Assembly: GCA_937625935.1 (NCBI GenBank)
Contig: OW569380.1
Coordinates: 372,001-436,000, forward strand
DNA length: 64,000 bases
Reading direction: 5' to 3'
DNA from: Tetramitus jugosus
Lineage: Eukaryota; Protista; Heterolobosea
Made by a program: the position numbers and the translations under genes. The notes beneath the pieces are model-generated. The model worked only from the letters and a program-made list of their open reading frames with translations. It was not told the origin of the DNA and searched no databases. This document shows, in pieces, positions 21,487 to 31,740 of this stretch (positions are counted from its first letter, which is position 1; each line of letters begins with the position of its first letter).

Positions 21487-23898
21487 TCATGCTTTATCAA
21501 GTGAAACATCATCTTCTTCTGGTTGAAGCATTATTGCATGATAGAGTGACAGTGGCCGCCTAAATGGAAGTTTGCTTGGCTCACAAGGAGCACAGAGAAA
21601 ACCAGATATCCAATTGCCCCAAAATCCTTGGCTAAAGCTCGCCTGTGGACCCTTCTTGCTCTTGATGTGTTCACTCGTTGTCTTTCCAGAGCTAATGAGA
21701 TAAAGATGGAAGCAGAAGAGAGTACCAACAAATGCAAGAAGAGCGATCGATATGAGTATAATACCAGCAGAGAAAATGGTTGCTATAATCTGCCAAACAA
21801 TACTACCAGTGATCTTGAATGGTTGTGTGGTGCCCAACTCGTAGCACGACCAAGCAATTTGAAACATGCAGATCAAAACTGCAAACACCAAACTGATCGT
21901 AGCGGAGCCCACAAAATGCATAAATGGTCTATAATTTCGCTTTCCTATACATGTGCCTGTCCACGGACAATGATGATCAAATCTCTCCACACAGTTATCA
22001 CATTGACTGCAGTGTGAGCTTCTTGGTGGCCTATAGAGCTTACACGTGTAGCAATAGCGCAAAAACACTGGTTTTCCACCAACAAACACACAAGTTGTCT
22101 CCTGAGGAAACTTTTCTTCCAATTCTTCCAAATCAGGTTCATCTCTCAAATTATTCTGAACAATGGATTTTCTAGGAACGATTCCTGGATCCATAGTAGC
22201 TGTAATGTACAATGTGCCTAGAACATAGACAACAGCTCCTATGGGGAACACGGTCATGATGATACCTGCTGCCAAATGGATCAAATAAAAGTATGATGTG
22301 ATAAATGTTACAAAGAGCAAGAAGACACCAACAATCAAAAGTGCCGTGAAACTCAATCTTCCCTTGTCAGCACCTAGCATGACTCTGCCTCCAAAGAGCA
22401 ATGTGGTCTTTGATGGCCACAATTGCAACAGCAAGTTCTTATCTTGGTGAGAGCACTGTGCGTGATCGTGATGGTGGTGATCATCATGATGATCATGGTG
22501 ATGATGGTCGTCATGATTTCCATCATACTCCATACATGGCTCACCCTTCCCCGTAGATGCATTTGGCGCCAGTGTATTTTGTCGGAGAAAATTTTCACCA
22601 CGGGCTGTGTTCAGGGCGGAAGAACCTGTAAACGTGTTATCAAAGCTCTCGTGATTTTCATCGCTCTTGGCGCACATACTCCGAACACTCATGGAAGTAG
22701 AGTGTCTTGCGCTGGTATTGAGCCTCACCATGGGAGGTGATGATGGAGAAACGGAATCAATGCGTTGCCGATGATGATCACCACCGCTTCCTCCATGGTC
22801 TCCATTCTTCCTCTTCTTTTGTTGTTGCTTCCTGGCATGGCTCGTCGGCACTTTTCCCAACAAAACTTTTTTACCCGTCAAAAAGCTTTTTTTCTGTTTT
22901 TTCTTCAATGCGTCATCGGAAGAAGAAGATGACGCAATGGGCTGCAAGGGATCCTCCGTATCAGCCGTCAATGTTAAATCCAAGTGTGCTGATGTTTCAT
23001 CATTGGAGAATACTGGTGTCGTAGTTGTTGTTCTCTGATCACCACTATCCATTACACTGGTAGCTGTCGATGTTCTTGTTCTTGTTGTTGTCGTTTGATT
23101 GCTGTACGTGTTTAGAGTCATTGTGTGATTGTTCGTATGATGGTCTGTTGAGCATCCATCTGTCATGACACCTCCTTGACTACTGTTACGGTGATTACTA
23201 CTACTACCACTACTACTAATACTACTCTTATTATTATTATTATTAGTATTAATATTACTACTATTATTGTTATTGTTATTATTGGTGATAGTAATGGATG
23301 ATGAATCATCAGTCATGTCTGAATGTAACAATTTTTGTTGTTGATTATTGTGCTCATTGACATCATCATCATCACCACCTTCATTATGATTGTTGTCATT
23401 ACTATTAATGTTGTTGTTGTTCATGTGTGGCACTAAGTGGTCATTCTCATTATCGTCATTATTGCAAGGTGAAAAAGTAGAGGGTGATGTGGACGATGAT
23501 GATGGTGTTGTTGTTGATGATGATTGAAACGTGTGTGGAGATGTGATTGTTTCAGTCATTACCGTTGCAGTTGATGTTTCATTTGCTTCACTTGTTATTG
23601 TCGTTGTTGTTGTTGTCATATTGGTTGTAGTCGTCGTATCATCAGTAGTACTCGTGGCACTCTTGTCAATGTTGTTGGTATTATTGTCTCTGTTGTCATC
23701 TTCATTGTTGTTGGGTGTCATTCTTGTTGTTGTTGTTGAGGATGGGTGATTCGTGTTCTCATGCGAATTTTGGGGTTTTTGATGTGTGTTGCTTTTTTTT
23801 TGTTGGAGCGCAGAGGGGAACCACTCAAGGTGTGACATTGTGGGCTGTTTTTTTTTGACGTTTCGTCGCGCACGCGGACAATTATTTCTGGGTGACAT
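21487..23898 (-). CDS. DHHC palmitoyl acyltransferase (ZDHHC9/14/18, Erf2-like)
   Basis: DPG, YCYTCKLYRPPRSSHCSQCDNCVERFDHHCPWTGTCIGKRNYR and TTSE motifs; 4 TMs; long low-complexity N-terminus (start uncertain). Confidence 0.93.
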   Translation of the reverse strand: MSPRNNCPRARRNVKKKQPTMSHLEWFPSALQQKKSNTHQKPQNSHENTNHPSSTTTTRMTPNNNEDDNRDNNTNNIDKSATSTTDDTTTTTNMTTTTTTITSEANETSTATVMTETITSPHTFQSSSTTTPSSSSTSPSTFSPCNNDDNENDHLVPHMNNNNINSNDNNHNEGGDDDDVNEHNNQQQKLLHSDMTDDSSSITITNNNNNNNSSNINTNNNNNKSSISSSGSSSNHRNSSQGGVMTDGCSTDHHTNNHTMTLNTYSNQTTTTRTRTSTATSVMDSGDQRTTTTTPVFSNDETSAHLDLTLTADTEDPLQPIASSSSSDDALKKKQKKSFLTGKKVLLGKVPTSHARKQQQKKRKNGDHGGSGGDHHRQRIDSVSPSSPPMVRLNTSARHSTSMSVRSMCAKSDENHESFDNTFTGSSALNTARGENFLRQNTLAPNASTGKGEPCMEYDGNHDDHHHHDHHDDHHHHDHAQCSHQDKNLLLQLWPSKTTLLFGGRVMLGADKGRLSFTALLIVGVFLLFVTFITSYFYLIHLAAGIIMTVFPIGAVVYVLGTLYITATMDPGIVPRKSIVQNNLRDEPDLEELEEKFPQETTCVFVGGKPVFLRYCYTCKLYRPPRSSHCSQCDNCVERFDHHCPWTGTCIGKRNYRPFMHFVGSATISLVFAVLICMFQIAWSCYELGTTQPFKITGSIVWQIIATIFSAGIILISIALLAFVGTLFCFHLYLISSGKTTSEHIKSKKGPQASFSQGFWGNWISGFLCAPCEPSKLPFRRPLSLYHAIMLQPEEDDVSLDKA

Positions 23899-24351
23899 CC
23901 AGTAGTGTGGGAAGATGGAGGGTCATTTTCATCTGGTGATCTATCTTATCTGTCTTATCCGTGTTGTCGCGTCATTTTTTGGACTTGCTTCTCTTGCTGG
24001 GATATTTGTTTCTTCTCTCGAAGTGACCTTTGTCTTTATTCGAACTGCCGTCAGGATAGTATGAACAGTTGTAGCTCATACTGTAGATTGCCGAACATAA
24101 CGACTCACCCCAAGAATAAATGTGCTTACTAGGTTGGTTGTTGGTTCAGTAGATATTATTCTCTCGTAATTTCCAGTCGCAACTACCAGCACGTGTATTC
24201 TTAACTATGGACTCTAAAACCCCTTCCTTGCTCACTCTAGAAGTCATCTTCCAACAATTCAACCTTTTTTACAATCTCAAGATCCTCCTCTTCTCCCAAG
24301 AATGTTTTTCAGCACCATTAAGTTGCTGTTGTAAATTAAATCACCACCAAA

Positions 24352-24591
24352 ATGCAAAAACACCCAACCTGCGATCCCACAAGCACGCATATTGTCGCCT
24401 CCCCATCTAAAGGTTGTGGGCCAATTGTTGGGAGCATTTGCACCAACAGGAATATTATTATGCATCTGACGATAATGACAGGAGGGGATACTGTAATCGA
24501 ATCAGATGTATTCATTGAATGCCTAGAAGAGTTTACTGACGACGAAGATGATTGTAACTGTTCTGGAACTGAAGAAGAGGATTACCGTTGA
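24352..24591 (+). CDS. Possible small protein with acidic tail (79 aa)
   Basis: ATG after a CA-rich leader; AATAAA about 35 nt after the stop. No domain recognised. Confidence 0.25.
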   Translation: MQKHPTCDPTSTHIVASPSKGCGPIVGSICTNRNIIMHLTIMTGGDTVIESDVFIECLEEFTDDEDDCNCSGTEEEDYR

Positions 24592-24665
24592 GTCTATCGA
24601 GGTAGCACACCTCAATCGAAACTAATAAAACCGTCATGATGGAGTCGAATGGGGAATGGAATCTA

Positions 24666-27600
24666 CTATCTATGTTTCGTAATCTTTGATCGCTTTGTTT
24701 TTTGGACTTGTTCTTCTTGCTGGGATCCCTCTTCATTTTCAGACTCGCTTTCCTCAGCTTGTTTCCTCTTCCTCTTGACTGTTTTCTTCTTCTTTGTGGG
24801 TATGGTATCTTCTTCGCTTCCTCCTTCATCGTCGTCATTGTCTGAAATCTCACCCTTGTATTGGAACTGACGAGCTGGAGCTCTTTTGAAGTTTGCCAGA
24901 AGATTTTGACCACAACTCTTAGATAATTCTGACAGAACTTGGGTGTATTCTGTGATTCGATAGAATAGTTCAGGGATAGCCTTTCTGGCTCTTTCGAGTA
25001 GCAACTTATTATCAGAGGTCACACTGTCCAAATACTTCACTAAATGGTAAATGTTACTGACAGTGTGCGCAGCAGAGTCAGTCATCGTCACAAATTGATC
25101 GGACACATGTACCCTGGATGTATTGCTCTTTCTTTTGGAGAGCACAAACTGAGAGCAGTCGTGCAACAAACGAACAATTTGAACGCATACTACATTCACT
25201 TTCTCAAAGCAGGATAACTCTAACCGTGTTTGACAAGGATAATTAATGATGCCACAAAGTGAACAAATGACATGGCACAATTTTGACTCCATTGTAGCTA
25301 TCATCTCATGATAAAACTCACACTTCTCCTCATTGCTCTCATCTTGAGATAGAACAAGCTTTTTGTACTCCGCATGGAGCTCTTTCATCTTACCTAACTT
25401 CCAATTTAAATAAGCAATAAATTCACTCATACATTCCACGAGCACGAGAGCTACACTGTTTGCTGTGTTTTCATCAACAATACCATGAATCAATCTATGA
25501 GCATTGGCTCTCGTGACAAACTCTCCCATTTCACCCATGATGTCGTTCGATATCTGTTTTACATTCTCAAACTTGTTTGTCTTGCCACACACGCATATAT
25601 ACATCTGGACGACAGCCTTAACGAAATCAGTATGAGAACTTGTATTTTGTTGGCAAATGTGTTCACTCCAAGAAATCAATGATTGTGTTGACTCAACAGA
25701 GCTAACTCTAACAATCTCGGTACACAAGTTGACGAGAGGAGTTGCTTCATCCATTGCATCAACTTTGATAAAATCATCCACTTTGCGACAGATTTTATCT
25801 GTCACACTTTCGACAAGAGAGTCAAGCTGCTCTGCGTTCTGAGTATTGAATCGACTCTTCTTACCAGTCAAAGATGATTCAATGAAACTAAAGCATCTCT
25901 CTGTTCCGAACATGTTGAAAATCCGAACAACTTCAACAAAACACTCCATCGCATTGACTGTATGATTTTTCACCTTGCCCTTTTTCTTCTCATCACTCTT
26001 TCTTGTGCTTGCTGATGAGAATTTGGTTACAAAAGACATCAAGTTACGTCCAAGCATGTCCAACTCTTTTGCTCTGGAAACGATACTAGCAAGTCTCTTT
26101 GCTCCCATTATGTTAATCTCCTCTAATTGTTTCTTGCACAAATTGAAAACATAGGTTTGCAGCAAGTTAACATATGTCTCATCGATCTCCTCTTCTGAAT
26201 CATTATTTGCTTTCAAAATCATTCTCAATATGTTATTTGTCACTCTCAAACTCAAAAGAATGTTAAAGTCTTTTGTTTTCGCTGTTGTCTTTTGCTTTGA
26301 TTTTGCTTTGGTTGATGTTTTCTTTCCATCTTTCTTACTTGCTCCTTTCTTCATGATTTCCCTTAGATTATTGATCCTATTGATACATGTTTGAAGTGCA
26401 GAAGTCTTTCCATCATTTTCAACAATGTCTCCAGCCACAATTATCTCAATCAACACTTCGTTTAACCCAATCAAAAGAGATGCGATCATTTGATTGTGCC
26501 TACCTGAGTCTGAATCGCTCAAGTAGTCAGAAGAGGGAGTAAGGTCATGCGCTTCCGCCTCTTGCTCATGCATGGATCCCAATGCTTCACTATAGAAATC
26601 AAACAAAAGTTTTGTTCCAGCAGTTTCTTCTTGTCCATACAAGTGATACAATCGGAAAGAATATAGCAGCAATAATGGTAGTGGTTCCTTCAAATTGGCA
26701 TTGTTGTCAATGCACTTGTCAAGATGAGCTCCTTCTTTCTCGTTAATATACTCTTTCAAATGACCAACGAAAATTTTTGCAATTTCATCTCTTAACTCTA
26801 ATCGAGCAGTTGCAACCTTCACTAATCCTTCGTACAAACTGCTCCTAATAATAGGTTGTTGAGTGAGACAACGGCGAAGAACATTTAGTGTATCTGAATC
26901 TAAGTAATTGATATCTCTTGCCGTACTGCTGCTACCTACGGAGAGTGCAGACCCAGATCCAGCCTCCAAAATATGCAAAAATCCTTTCAATGCTATCAAT
27001 CTAGAATCTTGTTCTCTGCTGTGAAGTGCTTTTCGTAGTACCAATACTACACTATCTTGAAAATCAGGATTCGCCTTCACTAGTGGCCCAACTGCCTCAA
27101 AAAATGAAGAAGCAACAACGGGATCAAAGTACGAAAAGTAATCAATGGTTTCTTTGAAACGTCCTGTATGTTCTGCCAGTTGTCCTGGTCGATTTCGAAC
27201 CAGCAAATAAATTAACTCGGTATACTTATTTACATTTCCAACACCCGTCACAATATGATTGAAGGCGGTATCTATGATTTGACCTCGCGCTGCATGGGCA
27301 ATCTCGAATAATTTGGTCAGAATACCCATTCCCAATTGATGGCAATCCTCTGCAGAGTAATTCAGAGAGAATGTTAGTTTATGTTTGGTAACTCTCTTAC
27401 TATCCAACAAGAAAAATCCAAAATCACATATACTCTTCAAAATATGTTCTCGTCCCTTATCACTCCTCTGTATCGTTTCAATAATTAACAAGGATATATC
27501 CTTGTGTAAACTTTCATATTCATCCGTATCCTTATCATAAAAATATCTATAAATCAGTGAGTCCTTGTATGCTTGATCTATTCTTGACTTTAGTAACTTG

Positions 27601-28775
27601 TAAACATCGCTGGAAAATGCAGGCACCGTAGCAACAACAAACAGGAATGAAATGGAATAGGCACTGTACAGCGAATAATCGTCCTTCATAATCTTGATTA
27701 CCTCCTTGGCTAATCCATGATCCTGCTTCACAGCAAACTCAACAAACTGGAGAACCACACTTTCAGCTGATCTTAAATTATCAGATGATGCCTGAGCAGA
27801 CTGGACATCAATATCTATACGATTAAAATGATTGATAATACCAATGATAATCTCTCTGCGCTTGCCCTTGGACGACAACAGCAACAGTTGATAAATCAGT
27901 GGTGGTAGCTCCGAGACATGAATCTTTACCATTTCTTCAAAAATCTTTGAAACAACGAGATCAAATTCTGCTTCTCTCAGTGCAATCTCCTTCACGATCG
28001 ATGCAATTTTAATCGTACTGGCACATGTCCATCGAATCTTTGTACACAACTCTTGAATCACTCTGGCATGATAATCCTCTCCAGTCATACTACTTTCATC
28101 ATCGTCATCATCATCACTCCTATACCGCCGCTTGATCAAATTCTCTCCACTACACGTATAGATGATTGATAGACACTTTGGTAATAAATCAATAATTTCA
28201 CAAGCCTTCTCATTGGACTCATCCCTCAGTACATCAAATATAAAATGAGTCATTTCAATGACTTGTGACTCTGGTAGTCCATCCAACTCGTCCAATATGA
28301 AAATAATGTAATCATTGGTCGAACCAGAGAAATGTTCACTGTTGACGTGTCGTATCAGAGCTTCCAATAGAATTTTTCTCTGTTTTACAATCATTTTCCA
28401 TGCATCTTGCTGTTGTTGTTGTTGACCATTGTTATGATTGGTTGCATTATTGTTATTGTTGTTGTTGTGTTGAGAGCTCTGTTGTTGTGATGATAACTGT
28501 GAATTCTGTTGTTGTTGTTGTTGTTGTTGATAATAGTAGTCGAATCCTTTGACCAATGATTTGGCAAAATCAATGGGTTTTGTCGAGTGTTGTTCAATGA
28601 TTTGGGAGATGACATTTGGGCGATTCTTGTTGTTGGTCGACCTCATGAGTGGATTGATCGTGTTGGAAATGAATTGGTAGAGCTCTGCATAGTGAGCTGG
28701 ATCACGAGAGAGTTTGATGACTTGTTTCTCAATCTTATCGAGGGTCTCTTTATCGATTGTTGGTGTTGCTGACAT
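24666..28775 (-). CDS. FANCI: Fanconi anemia group I protein
   Basis: ELPPLIYQLLLLS, FAVKQD, LVLRKAL (ubiquitination-site Lys context), LRRCLTQQ..R..LYEGL and C-terminal IPELFY..FKRAPARQF motifs. Start placed at MSATPT. Confidence 0.9.
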   Translation of the reverse strand: MSATPTIDKETLDKIEKQVIKLSRDPAHYAELYQFISNTINPLMRSTNNKNRPNVISQIIEQHSTKPIDFAKSLVKGFDYYYQQQQQQQQNSQLSSQQQSSQHNNNNNNNATNHNNGQQQQQQDAWKMIVKQRKILLEALIRHVNSEHFSGSTNDYIIFILDELDGLPESQVIEMTHFIFDVLRDESNEKACEIIDLLPKCLSIIYTCSGENLIKRRYRSDDDDDDESSMTGEDYHARVIQELCTKIRWTCASTIKIASIVKEIALREAEFDLVVSKIFEEMVKIHVSELPPLIYQLLLLSSKGKRREIIIGIINHFNRIDIDVQSAQASSDNLRSAESVVLQFVEFAVKQDHGLAKEVIKIMKDDYSLYSAYSISFLFVVATVPAFSSDVYKLLKSRIDQAYKDSLIYRYFYDKDTDEYESLHKDISLLIIETIQRSDKGREHILKSICDFGFFLLDSKRVTKHKLTFSLNYSAEDCHQLGMGILTKLFEIAHAARGQIIDTAFNHIVTGVGNVNKYTELIYLLVRNRPGQLAEHTGRFKETIDYFSYFDPVVASSFFEAVGPLVKANPDFQDSVVLVLRKALHSREQDSRLIALKGFLHILEAGSGSALSVGSSSTARDINYLDSDTLNVLRRCLTQQPIIRSSLYEGLVKVATARLELRDEIAKIFVGHLKEYINEKEGAHLDKCIDNNANLKEPLPLLLLYSFRLYHLYGQEETAGTKLLFDFYSEALGSMHEQEAEAHDLTPSSDYLSDSDSGRHNQMIASLLIGLNEVLIEIIVAGDIVENDGKTSALQTCINRINNLREIMKKGASKKDGKKTSTKAKSKQKTTAKTKDFNILLSLRVTNNILRMILKANNDSEEEIDETYVNLLQTYVFNLCKKQLEEINIMGAKRLASIVSRAKELDMLGRNLMSFVTKFSSASTRKSDEKKKGKVKNHTVNAMECFVEVVRIFNMFGTERCFSFIESSLTGKKSRFNTQNAEQLDSLVESVTDKICRKVDDFIKVDAMDEATPLVNLCTEIVRVSSVESTQSLISWSEHICQQNTSSHTDFVKAVVQMYICVCGKTNKFENVKQISNDIMGEMGEFVTRANAHRLIHGIVDENTANSVALVLVECMSEFIAYLNWKLGKMKELHAEYKKLVLSQDESNEEKCEFYHEMIATMESKLCHVICSLCGIINYPCQTRLELSCFEKVNVVCVQIVRLLHDCSQFVLSKRKSNTSRVHVSDQFVTMTDSAAHTVSNIYHLVKYLDSVTSDNKLLLERARKAIPELFYRITEYTQVLSELSKSCGQNLLANFKRAPARQFQYKGEISDNDDDEGGSEEDTIPTKKKKTVKRKRKQAEESESENEEGSQQEEQVQKTKRSKITKHR

Positions 28776-28907
28776 GGTTGATCTGTTGTTGTTGATCTTG
28801 TTTTGTTGCACAAACACAAATCTCTCCTTGTTTTGTTCGAAGATTTGCAAGAACTCTTTCATAAAAAAAATTGTTCGAGAACAAAGTGGAATTGGAATTG
28901 CCAAATC

Positions 28908-28919
28908 TTGGCGCCAAAA
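28908..28919 (-). promoter_or_regulatory. Palindromic E2F-type site TTTTGGCGCCAA upstream of FANCI
   Basis: About 135 nt upstream of the FANCI ATG. Confidence 0.55.
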
Positions 28920-28933
28920 TTGGTTTAATCTGC

Positions 28934-29926
28934 TTAGTACAAGAATGGAATGATAATCTTTCTGCTTCTTGGGTAGAGTTCCTTTCCGTCCTTACCGTTG
29001 AACTCCTTTCTGTAGTTGATGTGCTTCTTGATGGCCCAAACAAGCATTTGACCTCCACCGACCAAAGTGAACAAGAAGGAAGCAACAGTCATGGTCATCA
29101 AACTGAAGAAGAACCATTCAGAGATCTCAACAGTGTAGTTTGGACAGGAGACGAGATTGAACAAGAAACCCTTTGGAATTCTTCTGACAGTGGTGCCTCT
29201 TGGTCTCAAGTTGCTCAAAATAATGTGGCAGATCAAGTTGCAAATCATCATCAAAACAACCAAACCAGCAAAAATGTTGGTCCAGTTGTCACTTCCAGGA
29301 GCAACATACAATGGATGCAAAGTATAGTAAGCAATATAGTAGGCACAAGCAGTGTAGTATCCAGTGTTCTTGAAAATGTTCAACAATGGCATGTAACCGT
29401 TGCTAAACTTGTGAACGAAAATAGTCTCAAACTCTCTCTTCAAAAAATGGACGATAAATAACAACATGGCAACAGTTTGAGTATAGTTCAATGATGCATT
29501 CTTTGCATCATAAGAGCTATACAAATATGGTCTCAATGCATAAATGATTGGGAAGGCAGTCAATGGTCCAAAGTATTCGACCAAGAACACAGTACGATAA
29601 CCGACTTGTGGACCCAAATCCTTAAAAATAATCTTGTCACCATTCTTGACAAGAGTGTTCAATGGTACATCACCCTTGATCACAGCTCCTCTAGCTCCAT
29701 TTTCTATTAAAGTATAGATACTCTGATTAGTTACATTCTGATCTCAAGAATATGGTGAAGATGATGATGATGATGACATACCACCAACAAGGTAAAAAGC
29801 TTGACGTTCAACACCAGTTCTCTTCAAGTTCTTGTAAGCAACCTTCAAGTCATTCAAGGTGGCGTTATCTGCAATGTCAACGGTACCAATTTCCTTTCCA
29901 CGAACGGATGTAACTGTGAGCTTCAT
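28934..29926 (-). CDS. TECR: Very-long-chain trans-2-enoyl-CoA reductase; exons 29926-29782, 29703-28934
   Basis: Ubiquitin-like N-terminal exon; KDLGPQVGYRTVFLVEYFGP, HFLKREFETIFVHKFS, VSCPNY, YPRSRKIIIPF. The 78-nt intron keeps frame. Confidence 0.95.
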
Positions 29927-30159
29927 TCTCTGTTTTGGATATTTTGTTGTTGTTTTTTTGATTCCAAAGCAGAGAACAATCGACGTGTGTGAAAAGCTTT
30001 TCCAGTGGATGAAGTCGCGATCTGCCACGATCCTTGATGCAACGTCTCATCGGAGCTGAAATTCTAAAGTCCGACCCGCCACCAGCACAAAAAAAAGCAC
30101 GAAAGCAAAATACTGTAGTAGAAGAAGACATACACGCAAAAAAGCTCACATAATCACAC

Positions 30160-31443
30160 ATGTACAACACTTCGAATCATCAACCTCACCCAACAGCAAC
30201 AGCACCACCTATCATGATGGGTGGTATGCCACCTCATCCACGACCCCCTCCACCACATGGCTTTCCAATGATGCCACTACCTCCTCACATGGCTCCTCCA
30301 GGAAGTCATCATCAACTACCACCACCACCATCAACACTCCAACAACAACACCAACAACAATCGCATCCACCACATCAACCATTGCCATATCCTCATCAGC
30401 ATAACAACAACAACATGATGCCACTTCATCCATCATCATCATTCAGTCAACCCAACATGATCAATCCACTCTTAAACAAGCTTCAACTCCCTCCTTCTAT
30501 TCTCAAATTGTTTGAGGCAAGACCACCACCACCATTTGTTCCTCCAAAAGAAAGGACATCAGCTCTTCAGTACTCGGGAATTGCTCAATTTGTTCAATTC
30601 ATGGAAGATACGCAACCAGAGCTACCAGAATACAAAATGCCAGAATCAAGACTCAAACGCAAAGAACGAATCTCAAAAGAGAGAAAAGAGAAGCACGAGA
30701 GAGAAATTAGAGAAATTTTACAGATTTGGGATCCAAGTAAGGATGAAAAGGCAACAGGTGACCCTGCTGCGACACTGTTTGTTGCCAAAATGAACTATGA
30801 AACAATAGAAGAGAAATTGAAGGAAGAATTTCAAATCTATGGTCCTATTAAATCACTGCGAATCGTTAGGAAAGAAATGCCCGATGGAACAACAAAATCA
30901 AGAGGCTACGCATTCATCGAATACGAAAATGTGGAAGACATGAAAAAGGCGCTAAAGTACGGTGATGGAAAAAAGATTGACGGTTTTAAGGTTTTGGTGG
31001 ATTATGAACGTGGTCGATTGCAGACCAATTGGAGGCCGAGAAGACTCGGTGGTGGCCTGGGTGACACGAGAGCCACCAAAGAGAAGGGAGAAGACAAGAA
31101 AAAAAAGAGTATGTTATCATCTTCTTCATTCGGTGGTGGCGGTGGCTCTCACCCCTATCACTCCTCCTCTCGTGGCGGCGGTCATTTCAATAGAGGTGGT
31201 GATCGAGGAGGATCGCATCATCGCTCTTTCCATTCATCTCGAGGAGGAGGAGATCGAAGAGGCGGTAGAGATGAGGGCGGTGGTGATCGTTATCGATCAG
31301 ACCGTGGTGGTGGATACAGAGATGATCGATCTGGTGGCGGTGGTGGCTACAGAGGAGGTGACAATCGGTCATCATCCGGTGGAGGCAATAGATATCCCTC
31401 TGGTGGAGACTCGAGAGGCTATAAGCGCGAAAGAGAATTCTAA
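30160..31443 (+). CDS. SNRNP70: U1 snRNP 70 kDa protein
   Basis: LPPSILKLFEARPP, WDP..GDPAATLFVA, RRM with SRGYAFIEY, VDYERGR..WRPRRLGGGLG, and an RG/RD-rich tail. Confidence 0.96.
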   Translation: MYNTSNHQPHPTATAPPIMMGGMPPHPRPPPPHGFPMMPLPPHMAPPGSHHQLPPPPSTLQQQHQQQSHPPHQPLPYPHQHNNNNMMPLHPSSSFSQPNMINPLLNKLQLPPSILKLFEARPPPPFVPPKERTSALQYSGIAQFVQFMEDTQPELPEYKMPESRLKRKERISKERKEKHEREIREILQIWDPSKDEKATGDPAATLFVAKMNYETIEEKLKEEFQIYGPIKSLRIVRKEMPDGTTKSRGYAFIEYENVEDMKKALKYGDGKKIDGFKVLVDYERGRLQTNWRPRRLGGGLGDTRATKEKGEDKKKKSMLSSSSFGGGGGSHPYHSSSRGGGHFNRGGDRGGSHHRSFHSSRGGGDRRGGRDEGGGDRYRSDRGGGYRDDRSGGGGGYRGGDNRSSSGGGNRYPSGGDSRGYKREREF

Positions 31444-31524
31444 TCGATATCTATCTACATATTCCCAGACGCACACTGCTGCTGAACCACTCTACTCCTC
31501 AGAGATCTCAGAGGTCAGGACCTC

Positions 31525-31589
31525 AATAAACCATCCATACGAAAGGTAAGTTGTAAACAAGTACGGTATGTTGACCATTCTTTTTTCAG
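31525..31589 (+). promoter_or_regulatory. AATAAA plus clustered 5' splice-site motifs; candidate 44-nt 3'-UTR intron (31546-31589)
   Basis: AATAAA 31525-31530; AG|GTAAGT 31544-31551; GTATGT 31566-31571; TTGAC..TTCTTTTTTCAG acceptor ending at 31589. Confidence 0.45.
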
Positions 31590-31740
31590 TGTCCTCTCTG
31601 ACCTTCCATTGTTGAATTTCGCTTGTTGAATTTCTCCTCCAGTTTCATACTTCAACGAATTTGTGCATGAAAATTTTTTCACACCAATAAAAAAAATTAT
31701 TGAGCGCACAAGAACGAAAACAACACTCAACAACAGAAAA

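Noticed and set aside
28871-29461. 196-aa + strand ORF
   Set aside because: Antisense shadow of the codon-biased TECR gene; no domain features.
30962-31549. 195-aa alternative-frame ORF over the U1-70K tail
   Set aside because: Explained by GGN/RG-rich repeats lacking stops in the shifted frame; V/E/I-rich sequence with no motif.
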